From IMG/VR virus record IMGVR_UViG_3300017741_000005, positions 1 to 54,622 of that record: 54,622 bases of DNA; one strand, written 5' to 3'. Shown in pieces: positions 19,044-29,029 of this stretch; position 1 is the stretch's first letter; every line of letters begins with the position of its first letter. Origin of the DNA: a virus. Lineage: Duplodnaviria > Caudoviricetes. The translations under genes and the position numbers were made by a program. The notes under the pieces were generated by a model. It did no database searches and was not told where the DNA came from. It was given only the letters and a program-made list of their open reading frames with translations.

Positions 19044-19184
19044 ATGAAATGGATTGATGATGTAAAAGATTCCTTCAAAGTCAATAAGGTATACGAATCA
19101 CGTTGGGTATGGTATCACACTATCCTTGCAGCTGAAATCTTTCTGACTAATATTCTATTGATTCTTATTCTTTTCAAACTGTGA
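19044..19184 (+). CDS. Small membrane protein (46 aa), not in ORF track
   Basis: GGGAG SD; C-terminal hydrophobic helix; GTGA overlap with uvsW. Confidence 0.65.
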   Translation: MKWIDDVKDSFKVNKVYESRWVWYHTILAAEIFLTNILLILILFKL

Positions 19185-20662
19185 GTCTTCCTAATACAAT
19201 CACGGTGGGATTGAAAGACCACTCAATGATGTTGGTTGATTGTGAGGCACATCAACTACCAGAGTTGCGTGAATATTTTTCATTCTATGTCCCCGGCTAT
19301 AAATTTATGCCGATGTATAAGTCTCGTAAGTGGGATGGTAAGGTGCGTCTATTCAATCAGGTCACTCGTGAATTGAACACTGGTTTGTATGAACATCTCA
19401 AGAAGTTCTGTCAAGACCGCATGTATCCTCTTCAATTACAGGAGACTGACTATGGACACCCTGCACAGAAGAATGAAGTATCGCATATCAATCTGACCAA
19501 GTTTCTGAATGGACTTGATTCTCCATTTGACTTGCGTGACTATCAGTATAACGCAGTATCGCATGGTATTCAGAATAAAAGAGCCATTCTGCTATCACCT
19601 ACAGGTTCAGGTAAATCATTCATCATCTATAATCTGTTGCGTTGGTATATCGATAACTATGATAAGAAGATATTGATTGTTGTTCCGACAACAAGTCTGG
19701 TCGAACAGATGTATAAAGACTTTTCTGATTATGGATTTGACCCTGAGTTAGTTCATAAGATTTACTCTGGTAAAGATAAGACGACAGACAAACAAATCAT
19801 TATCTCCACATGGCAGTCCATATACAAGTTCTCAAAAGAATGGTTCGAGGACTTTGGTTGTGTGTTTGGTGATGAGGTTCATTTATTCAAAGCAAAGTCT
19901 CTGTCGGGTCTGATGAATAAGTGCGTCAATGCAGAGTATCGTTTTGGCACGACAGGAACTCTGGATGGGACAGAGACAAATAAACTAGTTCTGGAGGGTT
20001 TATTTGGGCCTACATATCGTGTGACTATGACACGAGACCTTCAAGAGAAAGGCACACTCGCAAAACTTGACATCAAGATTTTGTTATTGAGATACCACAA
20101 TGATGTGTGTCATATGATGAAGAACGCAACCTATCAGGAAGAGCTTGATTATATTGTTCAGAACACTAAACGAAACAATCTGATATCAAACCTTGCGGTT
20201 GACCAAAAGGGGAATACACTTATTCTCTTTCAGTTCGTGGAGAAACATGGCAAACCATTGTATGAACTGATACGAGATAAAATAGAGGAGGGTCGTAAGG
20301 TATATTATGTGTCTGGTGAGGTTGATGCATCTGACCGAGAACAGATTCGTGGTATTGTAGAGAAACAGAAAAATGCAATCATTGTCGCATCTCTTGGAAC
20401 TTTTAGCACTGGTATTAACATTAGGAACTTACATAATATTATCTTTGCAAGCCCAAGCAAATCTCAAATCAAAGTCCTACAGAGTATCGGACGAGGACTA
20501 AGACAATCTGATGATGGTTCAACAACAAATCTAATTGATATCGCAGACGACTTACATATTAAATCACATAAAAATTTCACATTAAGACATAGTGCCGAAA
20601 GAATTAAGATATATACTAAGGAACAGTTTCCTTATAAGATATACAATATAAATCTGAAATGA
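19181..20662 (+). CDS. uvsW: SF2 DNA helicase UvsW
   Basis: WDGK, LRDYQ, SPTGSGKS, GDEVH, QSIGRGLR motifs. Confidence 0.96.
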   Translation: MSLPNTITVGLKDHSMMLVDCEAHQLPELREYFSFYVPGYKFMPMYKSRKWDGKVRLFNQVTRELNTGLYEHLKKFCQDRMYPLQLQETDYGHPAQKNEVSHINLTKFLNGLDSPFDLRDYQYNAVSHGIQNKRAILLSPTGSGKSFIIYNLLRWYIDNYDKKILIVVPTTSLVEQMYKDFSDYGFDPELVHKIYSGKDKTTDKQIIISTWQSIYKFSKEWFEDFGCVFGDEVHLFKAKSLSGLMNKCVNAEYRFGTTGTLDGTETNKLVLEGLFGPTYRVTMTRDLQEKGTLAKLDIKILLLRYHNDVCHMMKNATYQEELDYIVQNTKRNNLISNLAVDQKGNTLILFQFVEKHGKPLYELIRDKIEEGRKVYYVSGEVDASDREQIRGIVEKQKNAIIVASLGTFSTGINIRNLHNIIFASPSKSQIKVLQSIGRGLRQSDDGSTTNLIDIADDLHIKSHKNFTLRHSAERIKIYTKEQFPYKIYNINLK

Positions 20663-22206
20663 CTTATCACGGCCTGATGCTAGGCAATTTCGATTCTAAT
20701 AGTATGGCGCCATATCGAGGATTTGGTAACCATAGAATTGCAACTCACCTGAGAAGACAGGGGTGGGATATCGAGTGCCTAGATTACACTGTGCATTTTT
20801 CAGACGATGAGATAAAGTGGTTTCTTGAGACTCGTATCACTAAGAATACTATCTTCATTGGACTGAGTATTATATTCTATCTTGAATTGCAGGGTGATGT
20901 TCAAAGAGTCAACAGAATTATTCATCATATCAAAACCAAGTATCCGTGGGTTCAGATTATCGCAGGTGGGGTAAAATGGTTTGCGGTGGGTCTTGTTGAT
21001 GCAGATTGGTATATTACAGGGAATGGTGAGTTTGCCATAGATGCTGTTTTAAAATATGTAACAGGAAATGGAAGTGAACCAAGACACGTTCCTGCAAGGA
21101 ATGGAAAACTTATTGATGCTGTTCATGCATATCCTTGTTTTCCAAAGAGAGATGCTAAAATCTCATTTCAAGAACGAGACTATATTCAATCACATGAGGC
21201 CTTGAATGTAGAACTCGCAAGAGGGTGTAAGTTCAAATGTAAATATTGTTCGTTTCCTTTGATTGGTCTCAAGGGAGATATGACACGAGACGAAGACAGT
21301 GTATATGATGAGTTCAAAGAAAACTATGACCGATGGGGTGTGACAAATTATTATGTGACTGATGATACCATAAATGATACCACCGAAAAGATGGAGAAGA
21401 TGTCAAGTGCTATTCGTAAACTTGATTTCAAACCATCTCTTCATGGATATGCTCGTGCTGACCTTCTCATACATCATGGTCAAAAGACTTGGGATGATAT
21501 GATTGATATGGGTCTCATATCGCATAGTTATGGTGTCGAGACTCTTAATCATCAATCAGGTAAAGAAGTTGGAAAAGGTATGAACCCCGAAAAGGTCAAA
21601 GAGGGGTTGTTAGAAGTTGAGGAGTATTTCAATAAGAATAGTGACACTTTTTACACAGGTAGTATGACTATGATTGCAGGACTTCCCTATGAGTCGTTTG
21701 AGACTCTTGATAATGGTAAGAAGTGGTTGAACAAGTATTGGAACAATCATGGAATCAAATATCTACCTCTACTGATTCATGAACCCAAAGATACGTCTCA
21801 TAGTGAGATTGACATGAGTAATGCAAATAATTTTAAGAAGTATGGGTATAAGTTTTTACATGATGTCCCACCAACGTATGACAAAGGTATGTTTGATTAC
21901 TTTGGTGAGATAAAAAAGAAGAAAGATAATACAAAAGGCCATGATGGAATATACTTTAACTTCTGGACTCATCACTCAGACGAATATGACTTTGTTGATA
22001 TGATTGAGTGGGTTCGAGACTTCAACGAGGATAGGTCTGATAATAAGATGAACTCCAACTTTTGTTTTGATATTGGATATACATCGTTAGCAAGTGAAAA
22101 CACAGAACTAAAAAATTTTTATGGTGAAGATTGCGTCCAAATAGACAAACCTGAAATTATGAATAAAATGCTTGATAAATATAAGTATGAGAAACTAAAT
22201 GGATAA
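20659..22206 (+). CDS. B12-binding-type radical SAM protein (class B methyltransferase-like), paralogue 1
   Basis: ELARGCKFKCKYCSF (CxxxCxxC), DDTIN, GVETL, MIAGLPYES; N-terminal G..RIATHLR..GW domain. Confidence 0.85.
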   Translation: MTYHGLMLGNFDSNSMAPYRGFGNHRIATHLRRQGWDIECLDYTVHFSDDEIKWFLETRITKNTIFIGLSIIFYLELQGDVQRVNRIIHHIKTKYPWVQIIAGGVKWFAVGLVDADWYITGNGEFAIDAVLKYVTGNGSEPRHVPARNGKLIDAVHAYPCFPKRDAKISFQERDYIQSHEALNVELARGCKFKCKYCSFPLIGLKGDMTRDEDSVYDEFKENYDRWGVTNYYVTDDTINDTTEKMEKMSSAIRKLDFKPSLHGYARADLLIHHGQKTWDDMIDMGLISHSYGVETLNHQSGKEVGKGMNPEKVKEGLLEVEEYFNKNSDTFYTGSMTMIAGLPYESFETLDNGKKWLNKYWNNHGIKYLPLLIHEPKDTSHSEIDMSNANNFKKYGYKFLHDVPPTYDKGMFDYFGEIKKKKDNTKGHDGIYFNFWTHHSDEYDFVDMIEWVRDFNEDRSDNKMNSNFCFDIGYTSLASENTELKNFYGEDCVQIDKPEIMNKMLDKYKYEKLNG

Positions 22207-22684
22207 TGATATGTCAAAAGAATTTAAAGAACCACAAGTAAGACAGTTTAAACTTTCTTCAGGCGAAGAGATTGTTTGTGAGGTTGTCGATTGGACAGGA
22301 GAACCAGAGGAGAGCGAATTAATCGTTCGTAAGTGCATGTCTCTTGTTCTTCGTGAGGCTCCAGCATCAACCTTCTACTCATTCAAACCTTGGATGATAT
22401 ATCAAGAGAATCCTGAAGATTTTATTATTATTCAGGCTCAACATGTTGTGAGTATCGGATTTCCGACTAAGAAACTCCTGAGTCATTATGATGAAGCAGT
22501 AGAAGAAATGACAAAGATTCATGAGGAAAGAAGAAAGTATGATGAGGATAGTAATGATATCAACAAAGACGTTAGAACTTTGATAGAACAAACTTCTACG
22601 GCAGAAGAATTTTTGAAAGAACTTGCAGGAGAAGATTCTGCATCTTTTGGTAATGTAATACCATTTAGTCGAGACATTCACTAA
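22199..22684 (+). CDS. Conserved T4-like Sm-fold-like protein usually found between uvsW and gp55
   Basis: VRQFKLSSGEEIVCEV...FKPWM motif; GATAAATA/TATAAGTA overlapping octamers at 22174-22187. Confidence 0.7.
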   Translation: MDNDMSKEFKEPQVRQFKLSSGEEIVCEVVDWTGEPEESELIVRKCMSLVLREAPASTFYSFKPWMIYQENPEDFIIIQAQHVVSIGFPTKKLLSHYDEAVEEMTKIHEERRKYDEDSNDINKDVRTLIEQTSTAEEFLKELAGEDSASFGNVIPFSRDIH

Positions 22685-22687
22685 ACC

Positions 22688-24424
22688 ATGCATGGACTTC
22701 TTTTTGGCACTAAGAGCCATATGGATGAACAACAGATATTTCATTCAAAGGGCTTTCGGACTCTTGTAGACATTCCTGCAAGAACCTTTGGTGCGTATAA
22801 AATTGCAACTCATCTAAGAGACAATGGATGGGACATTGAAGTCATTGACTTCTTCTATGCGTTTAGTTTCGAGGAGATATGTCTACTACTACATGACCGC
22901 ATCACTCCAGAGACTAAGTTTATTGGTTTCAGTATCTTCTATAAACAACACGACCAAGGCGACAATGACCCACGAGGTTTACAGTTTTACACTGGTGAGG
23001 ACGATAAACTCAATCAAGTTCTGAAATACATTCATGTGCATTTTCCTTGGGTCACAACATTGTGTGGGGCTCAGAAACTGAAAAGTTTGATGAAGATTAA
23101 GTCTCACTATCACATCATCGGATTTGGTGAGTCAGCAGTAACCGCACTTACAGACTTTCTGATTGGCAAAGGGCCACACCCCGAAACCACAACTGTAAAG
23201 AATCTATATGATGTTCCAAGTGCAAGTTATGAGGTTGAACTCAATGTGATTGATGCTACCAGACACTATCCTGCATTTCCAAAACGAAGTGCTAAGATTA
23301 CATACGAGGATAGAGATTACATACAATCCAATGAAACACTGAATATTGAGTTTAGTCGAGGATGTAAATTTAAGTGTGCATTCTGTTCCTACAATCCTCT
23401 GGGCGTCAAGGGTGATATGACAAGATGTAATGATGATGTCTATGAAGAACTCATGGAAAATTACGATAAATGGGGATGCACTCAATACATTGTATCAGAC
23501 GAAACTTTCAATGATACCAGTGAGAAACTTGACAAGTTTGCAGAGGTATGTAAACGACTTCCCTTTCAACCAACCTTTCACGGATTTGTTCGCATGGACT
23601 TGATGGCAAGTCGAGGTGAGAGAGATTGGGATAATATGCTAGAGATGGGATTTGTTGGTCATCACTATGGAATTGAAACACTCAATCATGAGTCTGGTAA
23701 AGCAATTCGCAAAGGTATGCATCCTGATAAGATAAAAGACTATCTTGTGAAAACAAGAAACTACTTTGTTGAGAACAGTCCTGTCGGATACTACTCAGGT
23801 GTTATCACAATGATTGCAGGATTACCTCATGAGTCGCAGGAGAGTCTCAAAGAATCACAGAGATGGTTGTTTCAGAACTGGCCAGACAAATACTTTTTTA
23901 TTCCTCTTGTTTTGACTGTTCCCGAAAAGTTAACCAAAAATAAATTTGACCCGAACTCTGATTTTGATAACTTGTCTTTACAACATGGATATGAGTTTCA
24001 AATGTATAATGACAGAGATACTGATTGGGCTGGTATCAAAAGAGGACTTAGTGATGAAGATAAATATCATCGAGGGATGATTAAATGGATTCATCCTAGT
24101 AAAGAATATGATTATGTTGATATGTTGAAATGGGTCGGCACAATTAATTTTGACCGAGTTCACAAGATATCAATGTGGAGTCTGCCGATGTTCACACAAA
24201 CAAATAAGAATATTGCAGATACTTTTATGAAAGGTGTTGATTGGGATATGACTGATACCAATAAAATTCTTGATTTTGTTCACAAGTATAAGGAACTCAA
24301 ACTTGGCCGGAGTAGTCACGAAAGAATACCTGTTCACAAAACACCGATTCACAATAATGAAGTTATGACTAAATTAGGACAACAGGCCACAGAACAAATG
24401 ACAAGAAACTTAGATGTCAGTTAG
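22688..24424 (+). CDS. B12-binding-type radical SAM protein, paralogue 2
   Basis: EFSRGCKFKCAFCSY, DETFND, GIETLN, MIAGLPHES; closely parallels 20659..22206. Confidence 0.85.
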   Translation: MHGLLFGTKSHMDEQQIFHSKGFRTLVDIPARTFGAYKIATHLRDNGWDIEVIDFFYAFSFEEICLLLHDRITPETKFIGFSIFYKQHDQGDNDPRGLQFYTGEDDKLNQVLKYIHVHFPWVTTLCGAQKLKSLMKIKSHYHIIGFGESAVTALTDFLIGKGPHPETTTVKNLYDVPSASYEVELNVIDATRHYPAFPKRSAKITYEDRDYIQSNETLNIEFSRGCKFKCAFCSYNPLGVKGDMTRCNDDVYEELMENYDKWGCTQYIVSDETFNDTSEKLDKFAEVCKRLPFQPTFHGFVRMDLMASRGERDWDNMLEMGFVGHHYGIETLNHESGKAIRKGMHPDKIKDYLVKTRNYFVENSPVGYYSGVITMIAGLPHESQESLKESQRWLFQNWPDKYFFIPLVLTVPEKLTKNKFDPNSDFDNLSLQHGYEFQMYNDRDTDWAGIKRGLSDEDKYHRGMIKWIHPSKEYDYVDMLKWVGTINFDRVHKISMWSLPMFTQTNKNIADTFMKGVDWDMTDTNKILDFVHKYKELKLGRSSHERIPVHKTPIHNNEVMTKLGQQATEQMTRNLDVS

Positions 24425-24454
24425 GGTATTCAACCCTCCCCAAAAGGTATTTTG

Positions 24455-24483
24455 ATTATACCACGAATTACAAACTTTGTCAA
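24455..24483 (-). promoter_or_regulatory. Perfect sigma70 promoter on the minus strand, facing the 3' end of radical SAM 2
   Basis: TTGACA-AAGTTTGTAATTCGTGG(17)-TATAAT. Confidence 0.75.
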
Positions 24484-24497
24484 GTAAAAAAATATAC

Positions 24498-24527
24498 TTG
24501 ACTTTTATATAATAACTATGATATAAT
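24498..24527 (+). promoter_or_regulatory. Sigma70 promoter for gp55
   Basis: TTGACT-N18-TATAAT with TG. Confidence 0.75.
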
Positions 24528-24536
24528 GGACATATT

Positions 24537-25124
24537 ATGAAACCACAAGATAGACCTCACTATGTAAACAACGCACAGTTCTCAACAGCTGTTGTGGAAT
24601 ACTGCACAGATTTACAACAATCAAGAGAGAAAGAAGAAACCTTACCAAAGGTCACGGATTACATTGCACAATGTTTTCTAAAGATTGCGGAAGGTCTTTC
24701 TCATAAATCCAACTTTGTTCGTTACACCTATCGAGAAGAGATGGTGATGGATGCGGTAGAGAATTGTCTCAAAGCCATCGAGAATTATAATATAGAGAAA
24801 GCAACACGCACAGGTAAACCAAATGCGTTTGCATACTTTACACAAATCTCTTGGTATGCATTTCTTCGTAGAATCGAACGAGAGAAGAAACAACAGGATA
24901 TCAAGATGAAATATATCGATGAGTCGGGTATTGAGACTTTTCTTGATAACGAGTTGGGTGATGCACAATCTGCACAGGTTGCTCAGGCCTTTATCGATAC
25001 ACTACGTTCTCGTATCGATGAAGTGAAAGAAAAGGATAATAAATGGGAGAAGGTTGTCAAGAAAGAAAGACGGCGAAGAACCATGAGAGTTGATTCTGAC
25101 CTGAGTAATTTTATCATTGACTAA
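24537..25124 (+). CDS. gp55: Late transcription sigma factor gp55
   Basis: HYVNN..F, YIAQCFLKIAEGLS...NF..YTYREEMVMDAVENC, NAFAYFTQI.WYAFLRRI..EKKQ. Confidence 0.96.
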   Translation: MKPQDRPHYVNNAQFSTAVVEYCTDLQQSREKEETLPKVTDYIAQCFLKIAEGLSHKSNFVRYTYREEMVMDAVENCLKAIENYNIEKATRTGKPNAFAYFTQISWYAFLRRIEREKKQQDIKMKYIDESGIETFLDNELGDAQSAQVAQAFIDTLRSRIDEVKEKDNKWEKVVKKERRRRTMRVDSDLSNFIID

Positions 25125-25145
25125 TCTTGAGAAATCTGATATAAT
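25117..25145 (+). promoter_or_regulatory. Sigma70 promoter upstream of gp47
   Basis: TTGACT-N17-TATAAT with TG. Confidence 0.75.
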
Positions 25146-25308
25146 GAATAGATTAAGTTTTCACGGCAAAACCGTGGAACAAGCAGAGTGGGTTCTGAGT
25201 CATTTTGGAACTGACGAAATGAGAGAGTATTACAAAGACAACAAAGGTTTCAACGATTGGTTGGAAGATTGTCGTCAAGTAGTTGTTGCGAGGAGACTAG
25301 ACTATTGA
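25117..25308 (+). CDS. Small hypothetical protein (start uncertain: 25117 TTG or 25144 ATG)
   Basis: Fills the gp55-gp47 gap; TTGA overlap with the gp47 start. Confidence 0.55.
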   Translation: MTNLEKSDIMNRLSFHGKTVEQAEWVLSHFGTDEMREYYKDNKGFNDWLEDCRQVVVARRLDY

Positions 25309-26363
25309 AATTAGCAATACTAAACGATACCCATTGCGGTATTCGTAATTCTTCTGACATCTTCATGGATTATCAAGAACAGTTCTATAGTGAAGTGTTC
25401 TTTCCATATCTGTTAGAGAATGATATCAAACATGTTCTGCACTTGGGTGATTACTACGACAATCGTAAGACAATCAACTTCAAGGCACTTCAACACAATC
25501 GTAAAATCTTTCTAGAGCCTTTGCGTCAACATGGTATGACAATGGATATCATTATCGGTAACCATGACATGTATTATAAGAATACGACTGAACTGAATGC
25601 ACTGAAAGAGTTGCAGGGTCACTATATGAATGAGGTCAATCTTATTTTGAAACCAAAGGTAGTTGACTATGATGGTTTGAAGATGGGTCTCGTTCCGTGG
25701 ATTTGTCAAGACAATGAACAGGAATGTCTGGATTTCATTCAGAATTGTAAAGTCGATTTCATTGGCGCACATCTAGAACTCACAGGCTTTGATATGCACA
25801 AGGGTATGCCGTGTTATGATGGCATGGACGCAAAACTCTTTGACCGATTTGAGATGGTATTGACAGGACACTTCCACGCAAAGTCAACTCAAAATAATAT
25901 CTACTATCTGGGTAGTCAGATGGAGTTCTTCTGGAATGATTGTAATGATAAAAAGTATTTCCATGTTCTTGACACAGACACTCGTGAGTTGACATCAGTT
26001 CACAATCCTATTACAATCTACGAGAAGATTTATTACGACCACGAGAAGATGAATAAGTTTACAGACCTGAGATATCTGGACAACAAGTTCGTCAAGGTCA
26101 TTGTAGTGAACAAGGGTGACCCCTTTGAGTTTGAAAGGTTCATTGACCGAGTGCAGGCTCAGAAGATACACGAATTGAAAATACAAGAGGACTTTGCGGA
26201 GTTTATTGGAGAAAATGTCGAAGATGAAAAGATTTCACTTGACGATACTGAAACAATAGTGTATAATTATATTGATGCTGTCCAAACCGACTTGGACAAA
26301 GGAAGGATTAAGAAGGAGATTTCTGACCTCATGAAAGAGGCTCAGACTATGGAAATTGTATGA
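25305..26363 (+). CDS. gp47: Recombination endonuclease subunit gp47 (Mre11/SbcD-like)
   Basis: Metallophosphoesterase motifs DTH, LGD, GNHD, GHFH. TTG start at 25305 after AGGAG. Confidence 0.95.
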   Translation: MKLAILNDTHCGIRNSSDIFMDYQEQFYSEVFFPYLLENDIKHVLHLGDYYDNRKTINFKALQHNRKIFLEPLRQHGMTMDIIIGNHDMYYKNTTELNALKELQGHYMNEVNLILKPKVVDYDGLKMGLVPWICQDNEQECLDFIQNCKVDFIGAHLELTGFDMHKGMPCYDGMDAKLFDRFEMVLTGHFHAKSTQNNIYYLGSQMEFFWNDCNDKKYFHVLDTDTRELTSVHNPITIYEKIYYDHEKMNKFTDLRYLDNKFVKVIVVNKGDPFEFERFIDRVQAQKIHELKIQEDFAEFIGENVEDEKISLDDTETIVYNYIDAVQTDLDKGRIKKEISDLMKEAQTMEIV

Positions 26364-28087
26364 TTTATTTTGAGAAACTTAGATTTAAAAATTTTCTATC
26401 GACAGGAAATAACTTTACAGAAATAGATTTTGAAACAACGGCAACCACACTCGTGGTTGGTCAGAATGGTGCAGGTAAATCTACTATGTTGGATGCTTTG
26501 TCATTCGGTCTGTTCGGTAAACCTCATCGTAAGATTTCGAAACCACAACTCGTCAACTCTATCAATGGTAAAGGGACGTTAGTTGAAGTGGAGTTTCGAA
26601 TAGGTTCACAGAAGTATAAAGTTGTCCGTGGTATCAAACCGAACAAGTTTGAGATATGGGTAAATGGTAATCTGTTGAACCAAAGTTCTCATGCAAGAGA
26701 ATACCAGTCTATGCTTGAGAACAATATCGTCAAGTTGAACCACAAGTCCTTTCATCAGATTGTGGTTCTTGGGTCTTCATCCTTCGTGCCCTTCATGCAA
26801 CTCTCCTCTCAAGCAAGGCGTGATGTGATTGAAGACCTACTTGACATTAATATGTTTAGTAAGATGAATGGTATTCTCAAAGAAAAGGTTTCGATTCTCA
26901 AAGACCAGATGAGTGAGAACATACACGAGTTGGCTATGGTCGAACAGAAAGTTGCATCACAGAAGAAGTATCTTCGTGACCTGAGTTCGATTACAGCTCA
27001 ACAGAAGAAAGAGAAACTTGACACCATCAAATCTTTACAAGAGGACATTCGTGTTCTGAATGAAAAGAATAATGAACTTACAAAAGATATCACAGAGAAG
27101 TCTCCAGATGTCAATGAGAATATGACTAAGATATCAGAACAAATTACGTCTCTTGACAAATACATGATGCAGTTTTCAACACAACAAAAAGATGTGGTCA
27201 AACAGGCAAAGTTCTTTGAGGATAATGATATCTGTCCGACCTGTTCACAAGACATCGATGAGACAACGAAGAACTATCATCTTGATAAATGTAAGACCAA
27301 AGCAGGGACTATCAAGAATGCACTCGACATGGGTGACCTACAGAGAAAAGAGTTTTCGGAAAAACAAGAATCCATTCAAGTTCAACTTGATTGCATAAGA
27401 GAGTGGCAGTCGTCAGTCAATGCAAACAATCAAGAGATTTCTACAATCAATAGAAGTATCGATAGACTCAATAGTGAACTTGATACTATTGACAATGAGA
27501 CAGGTGATTTGAGTGAGGCTAATGACGAACTTGAAAATCTTAGAGTTGAGAAAGAGCAACTTCAAAAGAAGAAGTATGAACTCTCTGAGCAGAACTCATA
27601 CTATCGTATCAGTTCAGAGTTGTTGAAAGACACTGGTATCAAGACAAAGATTATCAAACAGTATCTACCAGTCATCAACAAACTTACTAACGAGTATCTA
27701 CAAATTCTTGACTTCTTTGTTCACTTCAATCTGGACGAAGCCTTTGAAGAGACTATTCGGTCACGACATCGTGACGCATTCTCCTACGACTCATTTAGTG
27801 AAGGGGAGAAACAACGTATCGACTTATCACTACTCTTTACTTGGAGACAGATTGCCAAGATGAAGAATAGTGTTGCAACCAATCTTCTCATTCTGGACGA
27901 AACATTTGACTCGTCTTTGGATGGACAGGGCATCGAGAATCTGATGCACATCATTCACTCTCTTGCCGAGGATACAAATGTTTTTGTCATCTCTCACAAA
28001 TCTGAGTTGGAAGAAGATTCACAATTCAAGAGACGTATTGAATTTATCAAAGATAAAAACTTCAGTAAAATCAAAATAGCTGCTTGA
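26360..28087 (+). CDS. gp46: Recombination ATPase subunit gp46 (Rad50/SbcC-like)
   Basis: GQNGAGKS, CPTC zinc hook, FSEGEK signature, LILDE, ISH. Confidence 0.97.
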   Translation: MIYFEKLRFKNFLSTGNNFTEIDFETTATTLVVGQNGAGKSTMLDALSFGLFGKPHRKISKPQLVNSINGKGTLVEVEFRIGSQKYKVVRGIKPNKFEIWVNGNLLNQSSHAREYQSMLENNIVKLNHKSFHQIVVLGSSSFVPFMQLSSQARRDVIEDLLDINMFSKMNGILKEKVSILKDQMSENIHELAMVEQKVASQKKYLRDLSSITAQQKKEKLDTIKSLQEDIRVLNEKNNELTKDITEKSPDVNENMTKISEQITSLDKYMMQFSTQQKDVVKQAKFFEDNDICPTCSQDIDETTKNYHLDKCKTKAGTIKNALDMGDLQRKEFSEKQESIQVQLDCIREWQSSVNANNQEISTINRSIDRLNSELDTIDNETGDLSEANDELENLRVEKEQLQKKKYELSEQNSYYRISSELLKDTGIKTKIIKQYLPVINKLTNEYLQILDFFVHFNLDEAFEETIRSRHRDAFSYDSFSEGEKQRIDLSLLFTWRQIAKMKNSVATNLLILDETFDSSLDGQGIENLMHIIHSLAEDTNVFVISHKSELEEDSQFKRRIEFIKDKNFSKIKIAA

Positions 28088-28112
28088 CAAATCTGTCGAG
28101 TTATGATATACT
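28084..28112 (+). promoter_or_regulatory. Sigma70 promoter for gp45
   Basis: TTGACA-N17-TATACT with TG. Confidence 0.8.
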
Positions 28113-28143
28113 CGATGTAATTTTAACGATTGGAGAATATATT

Positions 28144-28818
28144 ATGGAATTATCCGACACTACAATTAATATTTTAAAAAACTATGCTACCATTAATCCA
28201 AACATTGTAATTGGAGAAGGTAACACTATTAAGACAATTTCGGTTGCCCGAAACGTCATGTCAAAGACAGAGGTCGTTGAGACATTTGACTCAACGATTG
28301 GTATCTACGATTTGAATGAGTTTCTGGGTGCGGTGTCTCTTGTCAAAGAACCACGTTTCGAAGTGACAAAAGATTACATCAACATTTCTGATTCTAGACG
28401 TTCAGTAAAATACTTTCTGTCTGACCCTGAGATGTTGACATCGCCTGGCAAAGATGTTAATATGCCTGACACCGAAGTTAAGTTTAGTCTAGATACTGAT
28501 ACACTCAGTGATTTGAAAAAGGCCGCATCTAACTTTGGTTATGAGAATATCTCTATCAAACCATCGACAGGTTCGGTATCACTTTCTGTAACCGACACAG
28601 ATAACGCAACTTCTAATGTGTTCTCAATTGATGTTGAAGGAACATATCCAGAGGGAGCAGACTTCAACTTTATTTTGAATGTAAATAATCTGAAGGTTGT
28701 AAATGAAGATTATGATGTTGAGATTTCATCTAAACTAATCTCACACTTTACAAGTAAGCAGTCTCCGACTGAATACTTTATTGCACTTGAAAAGTCATCT
28801 ACATATAATGGAGCATAA
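28144..28818 (+). CDS. gp45: Sliding clamp gp45
   Basis: MELSDTTINILKNYATIN, GIYDLNEFL, YFIALE; ATG at 28144 after GGAG. Confidence 0.95.
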   Translation: MELSDTTINILKNYATINPNIVIGEGNTIKTISVARNVMSKTEVVETFDSTIGIYDLNEFLGAVSLVKEPRFEVTKDYINISDSRRSVKYFLSDPEMLTSPGKDVNMPDTEVKFSLDTDTLSDLKKAASNFGYENISIKPSTGSVSLSVTDTDNATSNVFSIDVEGTYPEGADFNFILNVNNLKVVNEDYDVEISSKLISHFTSKQSPTEYFIALEKSSTYNGA

Positions 28819-28819
28819 A

Positions 28820-29029
28820 ATGGCAAAAGCAGAAACAAAAGACCACACTACTATCTACGAATTGGGCAATAGAGTATCTCGTTCTACTGTGGCAGTAATT
28901 GATACCGTTGTTCAACGAGGCGGTTTCAAAGGTGAAGAACTCTCAACAATCGGTCAACTAAGAGACCAAGCAGTTCAGATTATTCAAATCTGTGAGGAGT
29001 ATCAATCCGCACAGGGAGTTGAAGAATAA
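28820..29029 (+). CDS. Conserved small protein (VIDTVVQRGGFKGEELSTIGQLRD)
   Basis: GGAG SD; between gp45 and gp44. Confidence 0.75.
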   Translation: MAKAETKDHTTIYELGNRVSRSTVAVIDTVVQRGGFKGEELSTIGQLRDQAVQIIQICEEYQSAQGVEE

